Virus record (IMG/VR): IMGVR_UViG_3300045118_000377
Coordinates: 1 to 64,000 of that record
DNA: 64,000 nt
Strand: one strand, 5' to 3'
From: a virus
Below are positions 25,986 to 35,389 of this stretch, piece after piece; within the stretch, counting starts at the first letter, position 1, and each line of letters begins with the position of its first letter. The position numbers and the translations under genes are program-made. The notes beneath the pieces were generated by a model that was not told where the DNA came from, ran no database searches, and worked only from the letters and a program-made list of their open reading frames with translations.

Positions 25986-26810
25986 ATGAACGCCATCGAC
26001 CTGGCACTCGAGGCGCTTGACGAGGTCGGACTCCAGAAGGAGTCGTTCGCCGCGCCCAAGCCTCCGGCTCCTCCCAAGCCACCGCAGCCACTTCAGCCCA
26101 GTCTCTCTGGTCGCCAGCAGCGCGAGATCGAGATGTGGCACCACTGGAACAACAACGGCCGCCAGCCGGCGCACCTGCAGCCGCTGGTCGAGTCGTTGCA
26201 GCCGTTGGTGAAGAAGAGGCTCAACATCTTCGAGAACCGAGAGCGAGACATCCCTCCGGCCGCCATCAGAGCCGAGTTCCAGGACCAGTTGGTCAGTGCG
26301 CTCGAAACCTACGATCCAACTCGCGGCACCAAGCTCAACACGTATATCAGCGACCGGCTGATGAAGGCCAACCGCTTCGTCACGACCTACCAGAATCCGG
26401 CGCGCATCGTCGAACCACGCACGTACATGATCACGAAGATGCGCGGGGCCGAGGACTTCTTGCACCAGGAGCTGCGTCGACCGCCGACAGCGATGGAGCT
26501 GGCGGAGCACATGCAGGTCCCCACGCAACAGGTGGAGCTCTTGAAGAAGGAACTGAGGAAGGCGGTCCCCACTGGTCAGTTCGAAGCCGACCCCGCGGGC
26601 TTCACGCCGTCGAAGACCAACGAGCTGTTGCGCCTCATCCCCTACGAGCTGACCCCGGAAGAGAACTCGGTGTTCGAGCACGTCTACGGAACCGGCGGCA
26701 AGCCTCAACTCGGGACGGGTGACATCGCGAAACGGCTCAACATGAGCGCGCCGAAGGTGTCTCGGATCAAGTCCGCGATCGCGGAGAAGATGAAGCGCTA
26801 TGGCGGGTAA
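25986..26810 (+). CDS. sigma70-family RNA polymerase sigma factor (FliA/WhiG-like)
   Basis: Region 2 ALETYDPTRGTKLNTY, region 3 LRRPPTAMELAEHM, region 4 LTPEENSVFEHVYG...DIAKRLNMSAPKVSRIKS. Confidence 0.85.
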   Translation: MNAIDLALEALDEVGLQKESFAAPKPPAPPKPPQPLQPSLSGRQQREIEMWHHWNNNGRQPAHLQPLVESLQPLVKKRLNIFENRERDIPPAAIRAEFQDQLVSALETYDPTRGTKLNTYISDRLMKANRFVTTYQNPARIVEPRTYMITKMRGAEDFLHQELRRPPTAMELAEHMQVPTQQVELLKKELRKAVPTGQFEADPAGFTPSKTNELLRLIPYELTPEENSVFEHVYGTGGKPQLGTGDIAKRLNMSAPKVSRIKSAIAEKMKRYGG

Positions 26811-27018
26811 CAAGGCAGAACGCGACGCTCGCCTGGATGCGCTCAAAGCAGCCGTGGACGAGTGGGGCAAGAAGGAGAAGAAGCGGTACGAGGACGAGGC
26901 CAAGTTCCTGCAGTCGGTGATCGACGGTCACACGGGGGCGGGGAAGACGGCCAGTGCCAACGCCAGCAAGTCGGCGGCCTATTGCGTGGACAAGATCAGC
27001 CAGTTCCTGGAAGGGTAG
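26800..27018 (+). CDS. Hypothetical protein (72 aa)
   Basis: Coupled ORF. Confidence 0.6.
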   Translation: MAGNKAERDARLDALKAAVDEWGKKEKKRYEDEAKFLQSVIDGHTGAGKTASANASKSAAYCVDKISQFLEG

Positions 27019-27070
27019 AAAGTCGGTACTCACCGGGGTCTGTAGTACCGTAGAATGTGGGTAATGAACC

Positions 27071-27364
27071 ATGGCTGTCACAGCTCGTCTTCGGGACATC
27101 GCCGCGTTGAAGACCCGAGAAGGGATCTCCCTTCTCGGGATCAAGGACGGCGTCAATGTCATGTTCACGACACCGGAGCCATTTGTCCAGAACCCAAACT
27201 TGAACATCAAGGTCTATCTGAACGGTCAGCGACTCTGGAATGGGGCGGGCAACGACTACACGGTGTCAGAGAGCGGCGGACCGGGAACTGGCTATGATAC
27301 GGTTGTGCTGGCAGTGCCGCCGAAGGGCTTTGAAAATCTGATCGCGGACTACCGAGTCCCGTAA
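27071..27364 (+). CDS. Small virion structural domain protein
   Basis: GIKDGVNVMFT...VYLNGQRL...DYT beta-domain seen in phage fibre/decoration proteins. Confidence 0.6.
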   Translation: MAVTARLRDIAALKTREGISLLGIKDGVNVMFTTPEPFVQNPNLNIKVYLNGQRLWNGAGNDYTVSESGGPGTGYDTVVLAVPPKGFENLIADYRVP

Positions 27365-27381
27365 GCTACAGGAGATTCACA

Positions 27382-29343
27382 ATGGGTCGCAGCATCTTCA
27401 GGCAGGACACGCAGGTCAGGAAGTCGGTGACGTACTCCTCGGCCACCTTGCCGAGCCTGGCCAACTACCAGACCAACCCCGTCAGCTTGGAAGACGACAT
27501 GAACGTCCTCCGTTCTGCGCACCATCTGGTGCTCAAGAACCAGGCGGGGAACTGGTACGACGATCTCAACGTGCCTTCGGCGCTGGAAACAGGTGTCAAG
27601 AGAGGCGTCAACGATCTCAACACCGCTCTCCACGCGGTCGAGAAGAAGCGTGTCCTCCGCGATGTCTGGAAGCTCACGGACATCTACCCCGGTCTCGACC
27701 TGGCGATCCTTCTGGTCAACGACCTGAAGGCCAAGTACGAGGCGCATCGCGTCCTGATCGCCGGCAGTGTCCACGGGGCGGCGGACAACACCAACGCGGT
27801 CACGGCTCCCAACGCGACCAGTCTCGCCACGGCCAACACGTTGGCGAACGACATCAAGACTCAGTACAACGCTCACCGTGTCCTCACCACGGGCGGTGTC
27901 CACGGAGCGGCGGATACGACCAACGTCGTCACCTCGGCGAACGCGACCGATCTCGCCACTCTGATCACCCTCGTCAATGAGATGAGGACGGACTACGAGG
28001 CGCACCGAGTCCTCACTTCTGGGGGAGTCCACGGGGCCTCGGACACCACGAACACGATCTCTGCCCTGGCGGTGGGTTCGACTACACAGGTTCACGTCCT
28101 GACGGCGGCTCAGCTTCCGACCCAGACCACGGCAGCCATTGGCGCTGTCACGACGCTGGGTACGGTCGCTGCGACGGCGACCACCTTCGGCACGGCTGGG
28201 TTGGATGAGGTGGTTGGTTCGACAGCTGTGTCTCCAAAGAACCTGATGCCGCTCGTCGACGCCGACAACCACCTCGATCCGATCATGATTGGCGGCAAGC
28301 AGCTCTTTGGTCTGTTCCAGACAGAGAGTGCCACCGATGGGTCCACCATGACGGGGACCACGCCAAACCGAGCGCAGATCTCGTTTGTGGTGCGCAACAA
28401 CACGGGTGATGATCTGGAGCTGGCAACGGTTCCAGTCACTCAGGGATTCAACTTCGCGTCTCGCGAGCGAGTGAGGCTCGAAGATCTCAACGAGCAAGAC
28501 TTCCTCAAGGGAGTCATCATCGAGTTCCCGTCGGCAACTACCGTCACTCGTCAGGTCGCCTACAACAACCAGGGTGTCACTCCGGTCGAGATGGGCACCA
28601 ACTCCTATCTTGATCTGGCAACCGGCCTCGAGTGGGATATCCGCGATAACCTCAATGCGATCCTGCTCAAGGTCTTGGAAGGATCCGCAGGTGGAACCAG
28701 CGAGGTCCAGGTTGCAGCCGATGTCGATGTGTTCAACATCGATGCGGTGCTGAACGACTTCCTCAATGGCATCAAGGTAGACACCGGAGCGGCGGGTACC
28801 ACAATCCAGATCGGTATGACTGCCAACCAGATCGATTCCGGTGGCGTTCTCAAGGTCGCTTCTGGAGGAGGAGCCGATCTGTCCCTGGCGGCGGCTCTCG
28901 AGCTGAACCTTACGGACTCCTACCGAGGAGGTTCCACCTGGAGCCTTGCGGACGGTATCAACTTGGCCGCCAGCTCAGCTGAGTGGTCTGCTTTCGAGAC
29001 TGCGTTCGGTGAGGTCTCCCTCATGAACGCCATCGTGCAGGCCAAGAGCGCTGCCTACCGTCGGCGTGTCTTTGCTGTGGCTACTGCGAATGTCAACGCT
29101 GACAATGACATCAGCGGCCCAGCCAACGACAACAACCTTGATGCCAACCTCGGAGATCTGTCCGCCGGCACCTTCACCGATGACTACGATCTGTACCTCA
29201 ATGGGCAGTACCTTCGCCCCGGTGCCAACTTCTCCGCGAACCACGACTTCTACCCCGGTACCTCTCTGGCTAACGGACAGATTCGGTTCGAGTTCAAGAT
29301 GCACACGGGCGATCAGCTTTGCTTGATCGACCGCACAGCTTAG
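27382..29343 (+). CDS. Virion structural protein with three 43-aa repeats
   Basis: Three copies of YxAHRVLxxGxVHGAxDxTN; C-terminal LYLNGQYL...DFY domain. Confidence 0.65.
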   Translation: MGRSIFRQDTQVRKSVTYSSATLPSLANYQTNPVSLEDDMNVLRSAHHLVLKNQAGNWYDDLNVPSALETGVKRGVNDLNTALHAVEKKRVLRDVWKLTDIYPGLDLAILLVNDLKAKYEAHRVLIAGSVHGAADNTNAVTAPNATSLATANTLANDIKTQYNAHRVLTTGGVHGAADTTNVVTSANATDLATLITLVNEMRTDYEAHRVLTSGGVHGASDTTNTISALAVGSTTQVHVLTAAQLPTQTTAAIGAVTTLGTVAATATTFGTAGLDEVVGSTAVSPKNLMPLVDADNHLDPIMIGGKQLFGLFQTESATDGSTMTGTTPNRAQISFVVRNNTGDDLELATVPVTQGFNFASRERVRLEDLNEQDFLKGVIIEFPSATTVTRQVAYNNQGVTPVEMGTNSYLDLATGLEWDIRDNLNAILLKVLEGSAGGTSEVQVAADVDVFNIDAVLNDFLNGIKVDTGAAGTTIQIGMTANQIDSGGVLKVASGGGADLSLAAALELNLTDSYRGGSTWSLADGINLAASSAEWSAFETAFGEVSLMNAIVQAKSAAYRRRVFAVATANVNADNDISGPANDNNLDANLGDLSAGTFTDDYDLYLNGQYLRPGANFSANHDFYPGTSLANGQIRFEFKMHTGDQLCLIDRTA

Positions 29344-29352
29344 TAGTGAGCT

Positions 29353-29384
29353 GAAGAGGGGGAGGAGTGATCCTCCCCCTCTTC
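29353..29384 (+). terminator. 14-bp hairpin (terminator or processing site)
   Basis: GAAGAGGGGGAGGA-GTGA-TCCTCCCCCTCTTC. Confidence 0.6.
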
Positions 29385-29403
29385 TGTGTAAAGGAGATGA
29401 CCT

Positions 29404-29994
29404 GTGAGCCTGGTGGACAAGATTGAGATCAAGAGAGGCACAGTAACGTCGATTGGAGTGAAGATCGAAGAAATGCTCGATGGAGCAGAGAGAAAGGCCC
29501 ACGAAACAGGTGGAGCCAAGAAGGCCATGCAAGCACATGTCAAGAATCTTCTTGGCATTGTGGCTGCAGTGGATGCTGAGGTGGAGAAGTCGATTCCTGA
29601 TCTTCCGACAGCACAGTTGATCAAGACCTGGTTGTCGAGGTGTGTAGTAGCTACAGAAAACCTGGCTGGTCACCTGGCCAACGTTGAGATGCAGGCGCTC
29701 GGAGAGGCTGTTGGGTACAAAGCTGTTCACGATCACATTCAAAAGGTCGTGAAAGAGATCGATGATGGGAAAGAGAACTTCCTCAAAGCAATAGAGGAAG
29801 GAAGGATAGTCCTGGAAGAGGACGGAGAAGCTAAAGCAACCGGGACAGGTCCAAGACCTCCGGGAGTGAGGCCAGCCCCTTCGATTGCCCAGCAGAGGAA
29901 GGCTGAGGAGTCTGTTCTAGAATCCAAAACCGAAGGTGAGTCAGTCGTGGCCATGGTGATAGGCAACAAAAAGGACAGAAGAAGGAAGAAGTAG
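29404..29994 (+). CDS. Hypothetical helical protein
   Basis: AAGGAG SD and GTG start. Confidence 0.7.
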   Translation: MSLVDKIEIKRGTVTSIGVKIEEMLDGAERKAHETGGAKKAMQAHVKNLLGIVAAVDAEVEKSIPDLPTAQLIKTWLSRCVVATENLAGHLANVEMQALGEAVGYKAVHDHIQKVVKEIDDGKENFLKAIEEGRIVLEEDGEAKATGTGPRPPGVRPAPSIAQQRKAEESVLESKTEGESVVAMVIGNKKDRRRKK

Positions 29995-30455
29995 TGCCAC
30001 AGACACCGGACAGGCACCCTGGTGCCATGATTGAGGATGATGAGATCATCCTCAAAGAGACCTCTGGCGATCCCACAGAAATAGGTGGGATTCGTCACGT
30101 TGGCGGGGCCTTCCGCATGAAGGACTCCACGGGGGTTTTCGATCCGCGTTCTGGTGGGGGAGGGATTACCGAGTCGCAGCACGAGGTGCTCGACACGCTG
30201 GTCCACGACATTGATGAGACCAGCTACGACGAAGTGATCTACTCCGGTAATCGCATCTCGCAGTACATCACCTGGACCAGCGCGGCGAAGCTTCTGAAGA
30301 TCCGTGAAGAGCAGTACACCTATGGCTCCGGCGGCAAGATCTCGCAGGTGGTGACGACGCAGTACGACGGGGCCGGGGTTGTGAAGATGACGATGACTGA
30401 AACCTACACATACTCCGGGAACAAGGTGAGCAGCATCACCAGGACGAAGACCTAA
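29994..30455 (+). CDS. Virion-associated protein with YD-like Tyr-rich beta repeats
   Basis: EQYTYGSGGKISQV and ETYTYSGNKVSSI. Confidence 0.55.
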   Translation: MPQTPDRHPGAMIEDDEIILKETSGDPTEIGGIRHVGGAFRMKDSTGVFDPRSGGGGITESQHEVLDTLVHDIDETSYDEVIYSGNRISQYITWTSAAKLLKIREEQYTYGSGGKISQVVTTQYDGAGVVKMTMTETYTYSGNKVSSITRTKT

Positions 30456-32269
30456 TGCCAATCGTTCAGATCATCATCGACGACAGCACCAGCAAGATCA
30501 TCACCGGCAGCTACGAATTCGACCGTGCTGGCGGTGGAACGCTGGTCATCCCGTCGGGCTCTTCCTTCCCCGAGACCCCAGCAGCGAAGGAGCTGTTCTG
30601 GCGTACGGACGAGGGCCGGCTCTACCGGCGCAGCGACGCCAACGATGCGTGGGTGGCGGTTGTCTCCGCGGTCGCTGCACATCACGCGAGTCACGAGTCT
30701 GGCGGATCGGATGTGGTGGCCCACCAGAATTTAAGCGGAGCTGGAACAAACACGCACGCGCAGCTCGACACGCACGTGGCGTCAATCAGCAACCCGCACG
30801 CGACCACCGCATTTCAGGTTGGTGCTCCTCCGACAAGCAGAGCCGTCAACACGAGCAACGGTCTCCAGGGGGGTGGTGACCTATCCGCAGACCGAGTGAT
30901 CAGCCCAGTCTACGGATCGGCGGTCAACACCGTATGCCAGGGCAACGATTCACGGTTGTCCGATGCAAGAACGCCCACAGCGCACGCTTCGACGCACAAG
31001 GGAGATGGAGCCGACGCCATAGCGATCGCAACCACGAGCGTTGCGGGGCTGGAAAGCGCAGCGGACAAGACCAAGCTCGACGGCATTGCGGCCGGAGCCA
31101 CGAACACCCCGCTATCCAGTACACCCCCGATTGACGTCACTAAGACCGCTGCGTCCGCTGGTACGGCAGCAGAGGCCGCTCGCCAAGATCACAAGCACGA
31201 TATCGCAACCGCCGCCCCAGGGACGACGACTTTCGGCTCGGCGAGCGAAGGAACTGCGACTTCCTTAGCACGAAGCGACCACGCTCATACGCTGACAGCC
31301 CCAAGCGCTCCAGCAGACGTGACCAAAGCCGCAGCCTCGGCAGGATCTAGCGCCAATGTGGCTCGCCAGGACCACAAGCACGATGTGAGCACAGCGGCTG
31401 CCGGAGCCGCGATGCCCGGTGACTCCGCTGCGGAGGGAGCAGCGACTTCTCTAGCCCGCAGCGATCACCGACACTCGCTGCCTGCTTTCGGATCGGGAGC
31501 AGGGACATTCTGCCAGGGCAACGACAGTCGGCTCTCTGATGCACGAATACCTACGGCGCACAAGACCAGCCATGAGCCTGGTGGGTCGGACGCAATGGCA
31601 GTTGACGCCGCTGCCGGGACGGGCTCGCTGCGTACTCTCGGGACTTCGGCGACCGCTGCATGCGCTGGGAACGACAGTCGACTCTCAGATAGCCGTACTC
31701 CGACAGCACACGCAGCCTCTCACAAGAGTGGCGGCTCAGACGCGATCAAACTCGATGAGCTGGCTGCTCCGACTGATGTGACGACGCTGGACGCCTCCGT
31801 GTCGGCTCATGGGCTGTTGCCCAAGCTGGGAGGTGGGACCTCCAACTATCTCAGAGCTGATGGGACATGGGCAACCCCGTCAGGTAGTGGTGGGGTGTTT
31901 GGTTCTAACCCACAGCAAGCGGCGAGTGATGGAATATCCACAACGACCAGCAGCACTTTCCAAGACAAGACTACCCTCACCACTGGTGCGCTGACCGGGA
32001 CCTACCGAGTGGCGTTCTCGTGCGAGATCATGATCGGAGCGGCCAACGCCAGATACCAGTGTAGACTGTATAACAGCACGGACGCTACGGAACTATGTTT
32101 CGATGAACAGCGCCCGTCAGCGGTGAGTATGTACACGACCGTGTCTGGCTTCGTCTACGTGACATTCGCTGGAGCAGCCAAGACGTTCAAGATCCAGTTT
32201 GCAAGTCAGAACAACTTCACTACCGTCACGATTCGTAGGGCTAGGATCGAATTCTGGAGGGTAAGCTAA
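30455..32269 (+). CDS. Tail fibre-like protein with His-rich repeats
   Basis: Repeats GNDSRLSDxRxPTAH (3x), ARxDHxH (4x) and HxxSHxxGGSD. Confidence 0.7.
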   Translation: MPIVQIIIDDSTSKIITGSYEFDRAGGGTLVIPSGSSFPETPAAKELFWRTDEGRLYRRSDANDAWVAVVSAVAAHHASHESGGSDVVAHQNLSGAGTNTHAQLDTHVASISNPHATTAFQVGAPPTSRAVNTSNGLQGGGDLSADRVISPVYGSAVNTVCQGNDSRLSDARTPTAHASTHKGDGADAIAIATTSVAGLESAADKTKLDGIAAGATNTPLSSTPPIDVTKTAASAGTAAEAARQDHKHDIATAAPGTTTFGSASEGTATSLARSDHAHTLTAPSAPADVTKAAASAGSSANVARQDHKHDVSTAAAGAAMPGDSAAEGAATSLARSDHRHSLPAFGSGAGTFCQGNDSRLSDARIPTAHKTSHEPGGSDAMAVDAAAGTGSLRTLGTSATAACAGNDSRLSDSRTPTAHAASHKSGGSDAIKLDELAAPTDVTTLDASVSAHGLLPKLGGGTSNYLRADGTWATPSGSGGVFGSNPQQAASDGISTTTSSTFQDKTTLTTGALTGTYRVAFSCEIMIGAANARYQCRLYNSTDATELCFDEQRPSAVSMYTTVSGFVYVTFAGAAKTFKIQFASQNNFTTVTIRRARIEFWRVS

Positions 32270-33387
32270 TGAGCGCAACCAAGTACACCTACTCAATCCA
32301 GAGCGACTTCCCAAACCACATCGTGGCCACGGACAGACTCGCGCAAGAGATCAGAGCAAGCGCCATCATCACGGCTCTCGATGGGATCAACACGTCCGGT
32401 GACGTATGCGACATCTGGTTCAAGGGTTCGCTGTCGCAAGGAGACGAGACGATTCTTGCTGGACTCGTAGCGGCGCACCAAGGTCAGCCCCTGCCAGAGA
32501 ATACAACCACACTGATCAGCACAGGCAAAAACACGAGCGACGGCTCCCCGATCTTCGCGTACAAGAAACCGGACGCACCGAAGCTCACGTTCATCACCAG
32601 CAACTGGTGCGACCGTACGACCTGGTACAGCTCGTCGGTCTATGTCGAGGATGAGGTCGCTACCGATTCCGGCGACCATACGACCTACAACCTCGCCCAC
32701 CCGGATGTGATCGACACCTACCACGGCAAGATCAGCTTCGAGGACTTTCTGAAGGACAGTCAGGGGCGCAGCTACCGCGTGGCTGTGAAGGTCGACGACG
32801 TGGCGAAGGTCGAGCGCGACCCGCATGTCGGTAGCGGTGGCGACTTCACCGTGAACTACGCCGACGGCAAGATCGTGTTCCTCTCCGCTCTCCAGGGAAC
32901 CGAGGTGGTGAAGGTCACGCACCACTACGCCAACGGCAGCACCTTCGTCGTCGCGCCTATCACAGGCAAGGTGCTCATGATCGAGACGGTAGAGGTCCAG
33001 TGCTCGGACGACCTGGAGATGCTCGACACGTTCGTCTTCCAAGCCTACGGCCTGGTGGACGTCTTCGCGCCCTGGATCATGCTGCCACCCTACAACATCC
33101 CCAGCGGGACCAAGATCCCCCTCGGGAATGCGTTGAAGTACAAGACCATCCAAGACATCGTCAACGACAGCAACCACAGCTACCCCGCGTACCCCGCTCT
33201 CGGCGGCGCGGGATGGAGAGGGACGCAGAAGCCGTCTTGGATCTTCGCCTGGAACTACGACGTGGGCTCGACGATGCTGCGGTCGAGCTACGGAATGGAG
33301 ATCAGGATCTCGCTCGAGCATGACACTAAGTGTGGCGGGACCTACGCGACAGCAACCCTCTATTGTACCAGCGGGGATGAATCGTGA
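32269..33387 (+). CDS. Virion structural protein (372 aa)
   Basis: Beta-rich; DFTVNYADGKIVF motif; context. Confidence 0.6.
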   Translation: MSATKYTYSIQSDFPNHIVATDRLAQEIRASAIITALDGINTSGDVCDIWFKGSLSQGDETILAGLVAAHQGQPLPENTTTLISTGKNTSDGSPIFAYKKPDAPKLTFITSNWCDRTTWYSSSVYVEDEVATDSGDHTTYNLAHPDVIDTYHGKISFEDFLKDSQGRSYRVAVKVDDVAKVERDPHVGSGGDFTVNYADGKIVFLSALQGTEVVKVTHHYANGSTFVVAPITGKVLMIETVEVQCSDDLEMLDTFVFQAYGLVDVFAPWIMLPPYNIPSGTKIPLGNALKYKTIQDIVNDSNHSYPAYPALGGAGWRGTQKPSWIFAWNYDVGSTMLRSSYGMEIRISLEHDTKCGGTYATATLYCTSGDES

Positions 33388-33719
33388 CCGGACAACTTCC
33401 CAAGATCACCATCGCACCGATGTTTGATCTGTGGTCGATCATCCACTTCGGATTCTGGGCGTTCATCTCCAGCTCCGTGGGCGCAACGTGGGAGCCGCCG
33501 CTCTGGGTGCATCTGCTCTACACGCTCATCGGCAGCTACGTGTGGGAGGGGATCGAATTCCCTCTTCAGCGGAAGTACCCAGCGCGGTGGAGCTACCGGC
33601 TGGAGAGCTGGCAGAACAGCTTCATCGGCGATCCGATCTCCAACCTGCTCGGTGCCGCTTTCGGCTGGTTCGTGGTGGCGTACTACAGAGAGCACTACTG
33701 GATCTGGAGGAAGCGGTGA
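33384..33719 (+). CDS. Small membrane protein
   Basis: Three hydrophobic segments; DLWSIIH...WEGIE...ESWQNSFIGD. Confidence 0.7.
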   Translation: MTGQLPKITIAPMFDLWSIIHFGFWAFISSSVGATWEPPLWVHLLYTLIGSYVWEGIEFPLQRKYPARWSYRLESWQNSFIGDPISNLLGAAFGWFVVAYYREHYWIWRKR

Positions 33720-34366
33720 GCCGTGACCCAAAGGCGACTCATTGTACGGATCCTCTGGGAGTGCCCGTGGTGCGGGAAGATCTGGACAAAGAGGCCGTTA
33801 CCCCGGTCGAAGTGCCCATGCTGTCGTGCAACTGTGGAGGAAAGGGGCTGGGTATCACGATCGGATTCTCTACCACCAACAAGCTCATCTCGAGAATCAT
33901 CCGGTGGATCACCAGAGGGAAGGTGAGTCACTCCTGGGTCGCCTACGACGACTTCACGCTTGGCTTGCGCATGGTCTTGCAGGCCGAGGCCTGGGGCTTC
34001 GAAGTACGGCCGTGGGCGAGGTGGTGCAGAGAGAACATCTGGGTGGCGGAGTTCCGTTTGATCAACGGGGCTCAGCACTCAGCGCTCCGCAAGAGAGCGA
34101 GGGAGATCGGGGAGAAGTACGACTACAAGTCGGCCATCGTGGCGGGGGTAATCTCCTGGTTCCGCAGGTGGGTGAGGGCGAAGTTCAGCTTCCGCTCGCA
34201 CAGAACTCCTGGGAAACTGATGTGCAGTGAAGCAGTGGTGAGGTTCTTGAAGGACGCCGGGTGTCAAGCTGTGAGAAACTTGGACGAGGAGCTGACGTCT
34301 CCCGCGGAACTCTACGACATCGTTCGGTGCTCCACGGAATTCACTGCGGTGAAACGTGAGAGGTGA
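33716..34366 (+). CDS. Permuted papain-like (YaeF/YiiX, NlpC/P60-type) amidase/peptidase
   Basis: IRWITRGKVSH (His before Cys)...GEKYDY...MCSEAV...SPAEL. GTGA overlap start. Confidence 0.75.
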   Translation: MSRDPKATHCTDPLGVPVVREDLDKEAVTPVEVPMLSCNCGGKGLGITIGFSTTNKLISRIIRWITRGKVSHSWVAYDDFTLGLRMVLQAEAWGFEVRPWARWCRENIWVAEFRLINGAQHSALRKRAREIGEKYDYKSAIVAGVISWFRRWVRAKFSFRSHRTPGKLMCSEAVVRFLKDAGCQAVRNLDEELTSPAELYDIVRCSTEFTAVKRER

Positions 34367-34369
34367 CCA

Positions 34370-34696
34370 ATGTCTGGATCGTATGCTGCGGTACTTCCTT
34401 TCCCGGCGCATGCTAGGGAGATGGAGACTCGGCACGAAGCGGTTGACGAAGACATCCCTACCATCGACGATGTGATCTGCTACCTGCGATGGAAGCACCC
34501 AGAGATGGTAGAGACCCTCGACGACAGGATGAAACACCAGCACGAGATGGTGCTCGAGATCCTCATGAAGAAGGGGGTGTCTCCTCGTGATCTGATGCGC
34601 ATGACTCCCGGTGAAGCGAACGCGCTCGACGACCTGGAGTTGCGCCTCTGCTACCACGTCTTGAGAGACATCGCCTACATCGACTCCTTGCGGTAG
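34370..34696 (+). CDS. Hypothetical protein
   Basis: GAGAGG SD; clean ORF. Confidence 0.6.
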   Translation: MSGSYAAVLPFPAHAREMETRHEAVDEDIPTIDDVICYLRWKHPEMVETLDDRMKHQHEMVLEILMKKGVSPRDLMRMTPGEANALDDLELRLCYHVLRDIAYIDSLR

Positions 34697-34704
34697 AATG
34701 GGAC

Positions 34705-35016
34705 ATGGACCCCACTGTAGTCAAAACCCTCATCAACCTAGGCACCTACGGGCCGCTGGGTATCATGGCAGCTGTGGGATTCATGCTGTTCCTCCTGGAG
34801 CGCAAGAAGACCTCTGAGCTGACTTCCAAGCTGCTGGAGTTCGCTCAGGCTAGCGTGAAGGCTGATGCTGAGCATACTAAGGCGATGGAGGCGCTGGGCA
34901 AACTCTATGACATCAGCGTCGATTCCATGGCAGCTTTGAACAACAACACTGCCACTCTTGGGACGATCAAGGATGCCCTTGGTCGGTTGGAGTCGAAGAA
35001 TGAGCGCAAAAGATGA
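34705..35016 (+). CDS. Holin-like protein (one N-terminal TM segment + coiled coil)
   Basis: GPLGIMAAVGFMLFLLERKK then a heptad tail; BhlA/UviB-type architecture. Confidence 0.55.
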   Translation: MDPTVVKTLINLGTYGPLGIMAAVGFMLFLLERKKTSELTSKLLEFAQASVKADAEHTKAMEALGKLYDISVDSMAALNNNTATLGTIKDALGRLESKNERKR

Positions 35017-35380
35017 TCCTACGTCGTTGGGGCTGGTTCTGGTGGAGATGGGGGTGATCACGGAGGACCAGCTGCGGGAAGCGGTCGAGCGGCAAGAGAA
35101 CTCGACGCTGGAGCAGCTGCTGGGTGCGGTCTTGGTCCACGAGGGGTTCTGCAAGAAAGAGGACATCGAAGCCGCGATCTCCGCCCAGGAGAGTATGCGC
35201 AGAGGCAAGAAGGTCCAGCACGCGATGGCCGTCGCCGACCTTGCCATCTATCGAAAGAAGACGAACGGGGCGCGTGACCGGGCGATAGCCAGCGGCGCAC
35301 GTCTGGTGCGCACGGCCAGTGGTTCTGGCTTCCAGGCGGTCACGCCGGAGCTGCTGGCCAAAGGCACCGGAGATCGGTAG
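35000..35380 (+). CDS. MshEN-like domain protein
   Basis: Tandem SLGLVLVEMGVITEDQLREAVERQ and LLGAVLVHEGFCKKEDIEAAISAQ match the MshEN consensus RLGxxLxxxGxIxxxxLxxxLxxQ. Confidence 0.7.
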   Translation: MSAKDDPTSLGLVLVEMGVITEDQLREAVERQENSTLEQLLGAVLVHEGFCKKEDIEAAISAQESMRRGKKVQHAMAVADLAIYRKKTNGARDRAIASGARLVRTASGSGFQAVTPELLAKGTGDR

Positions 35381-35389
35381 TATCCTCTC

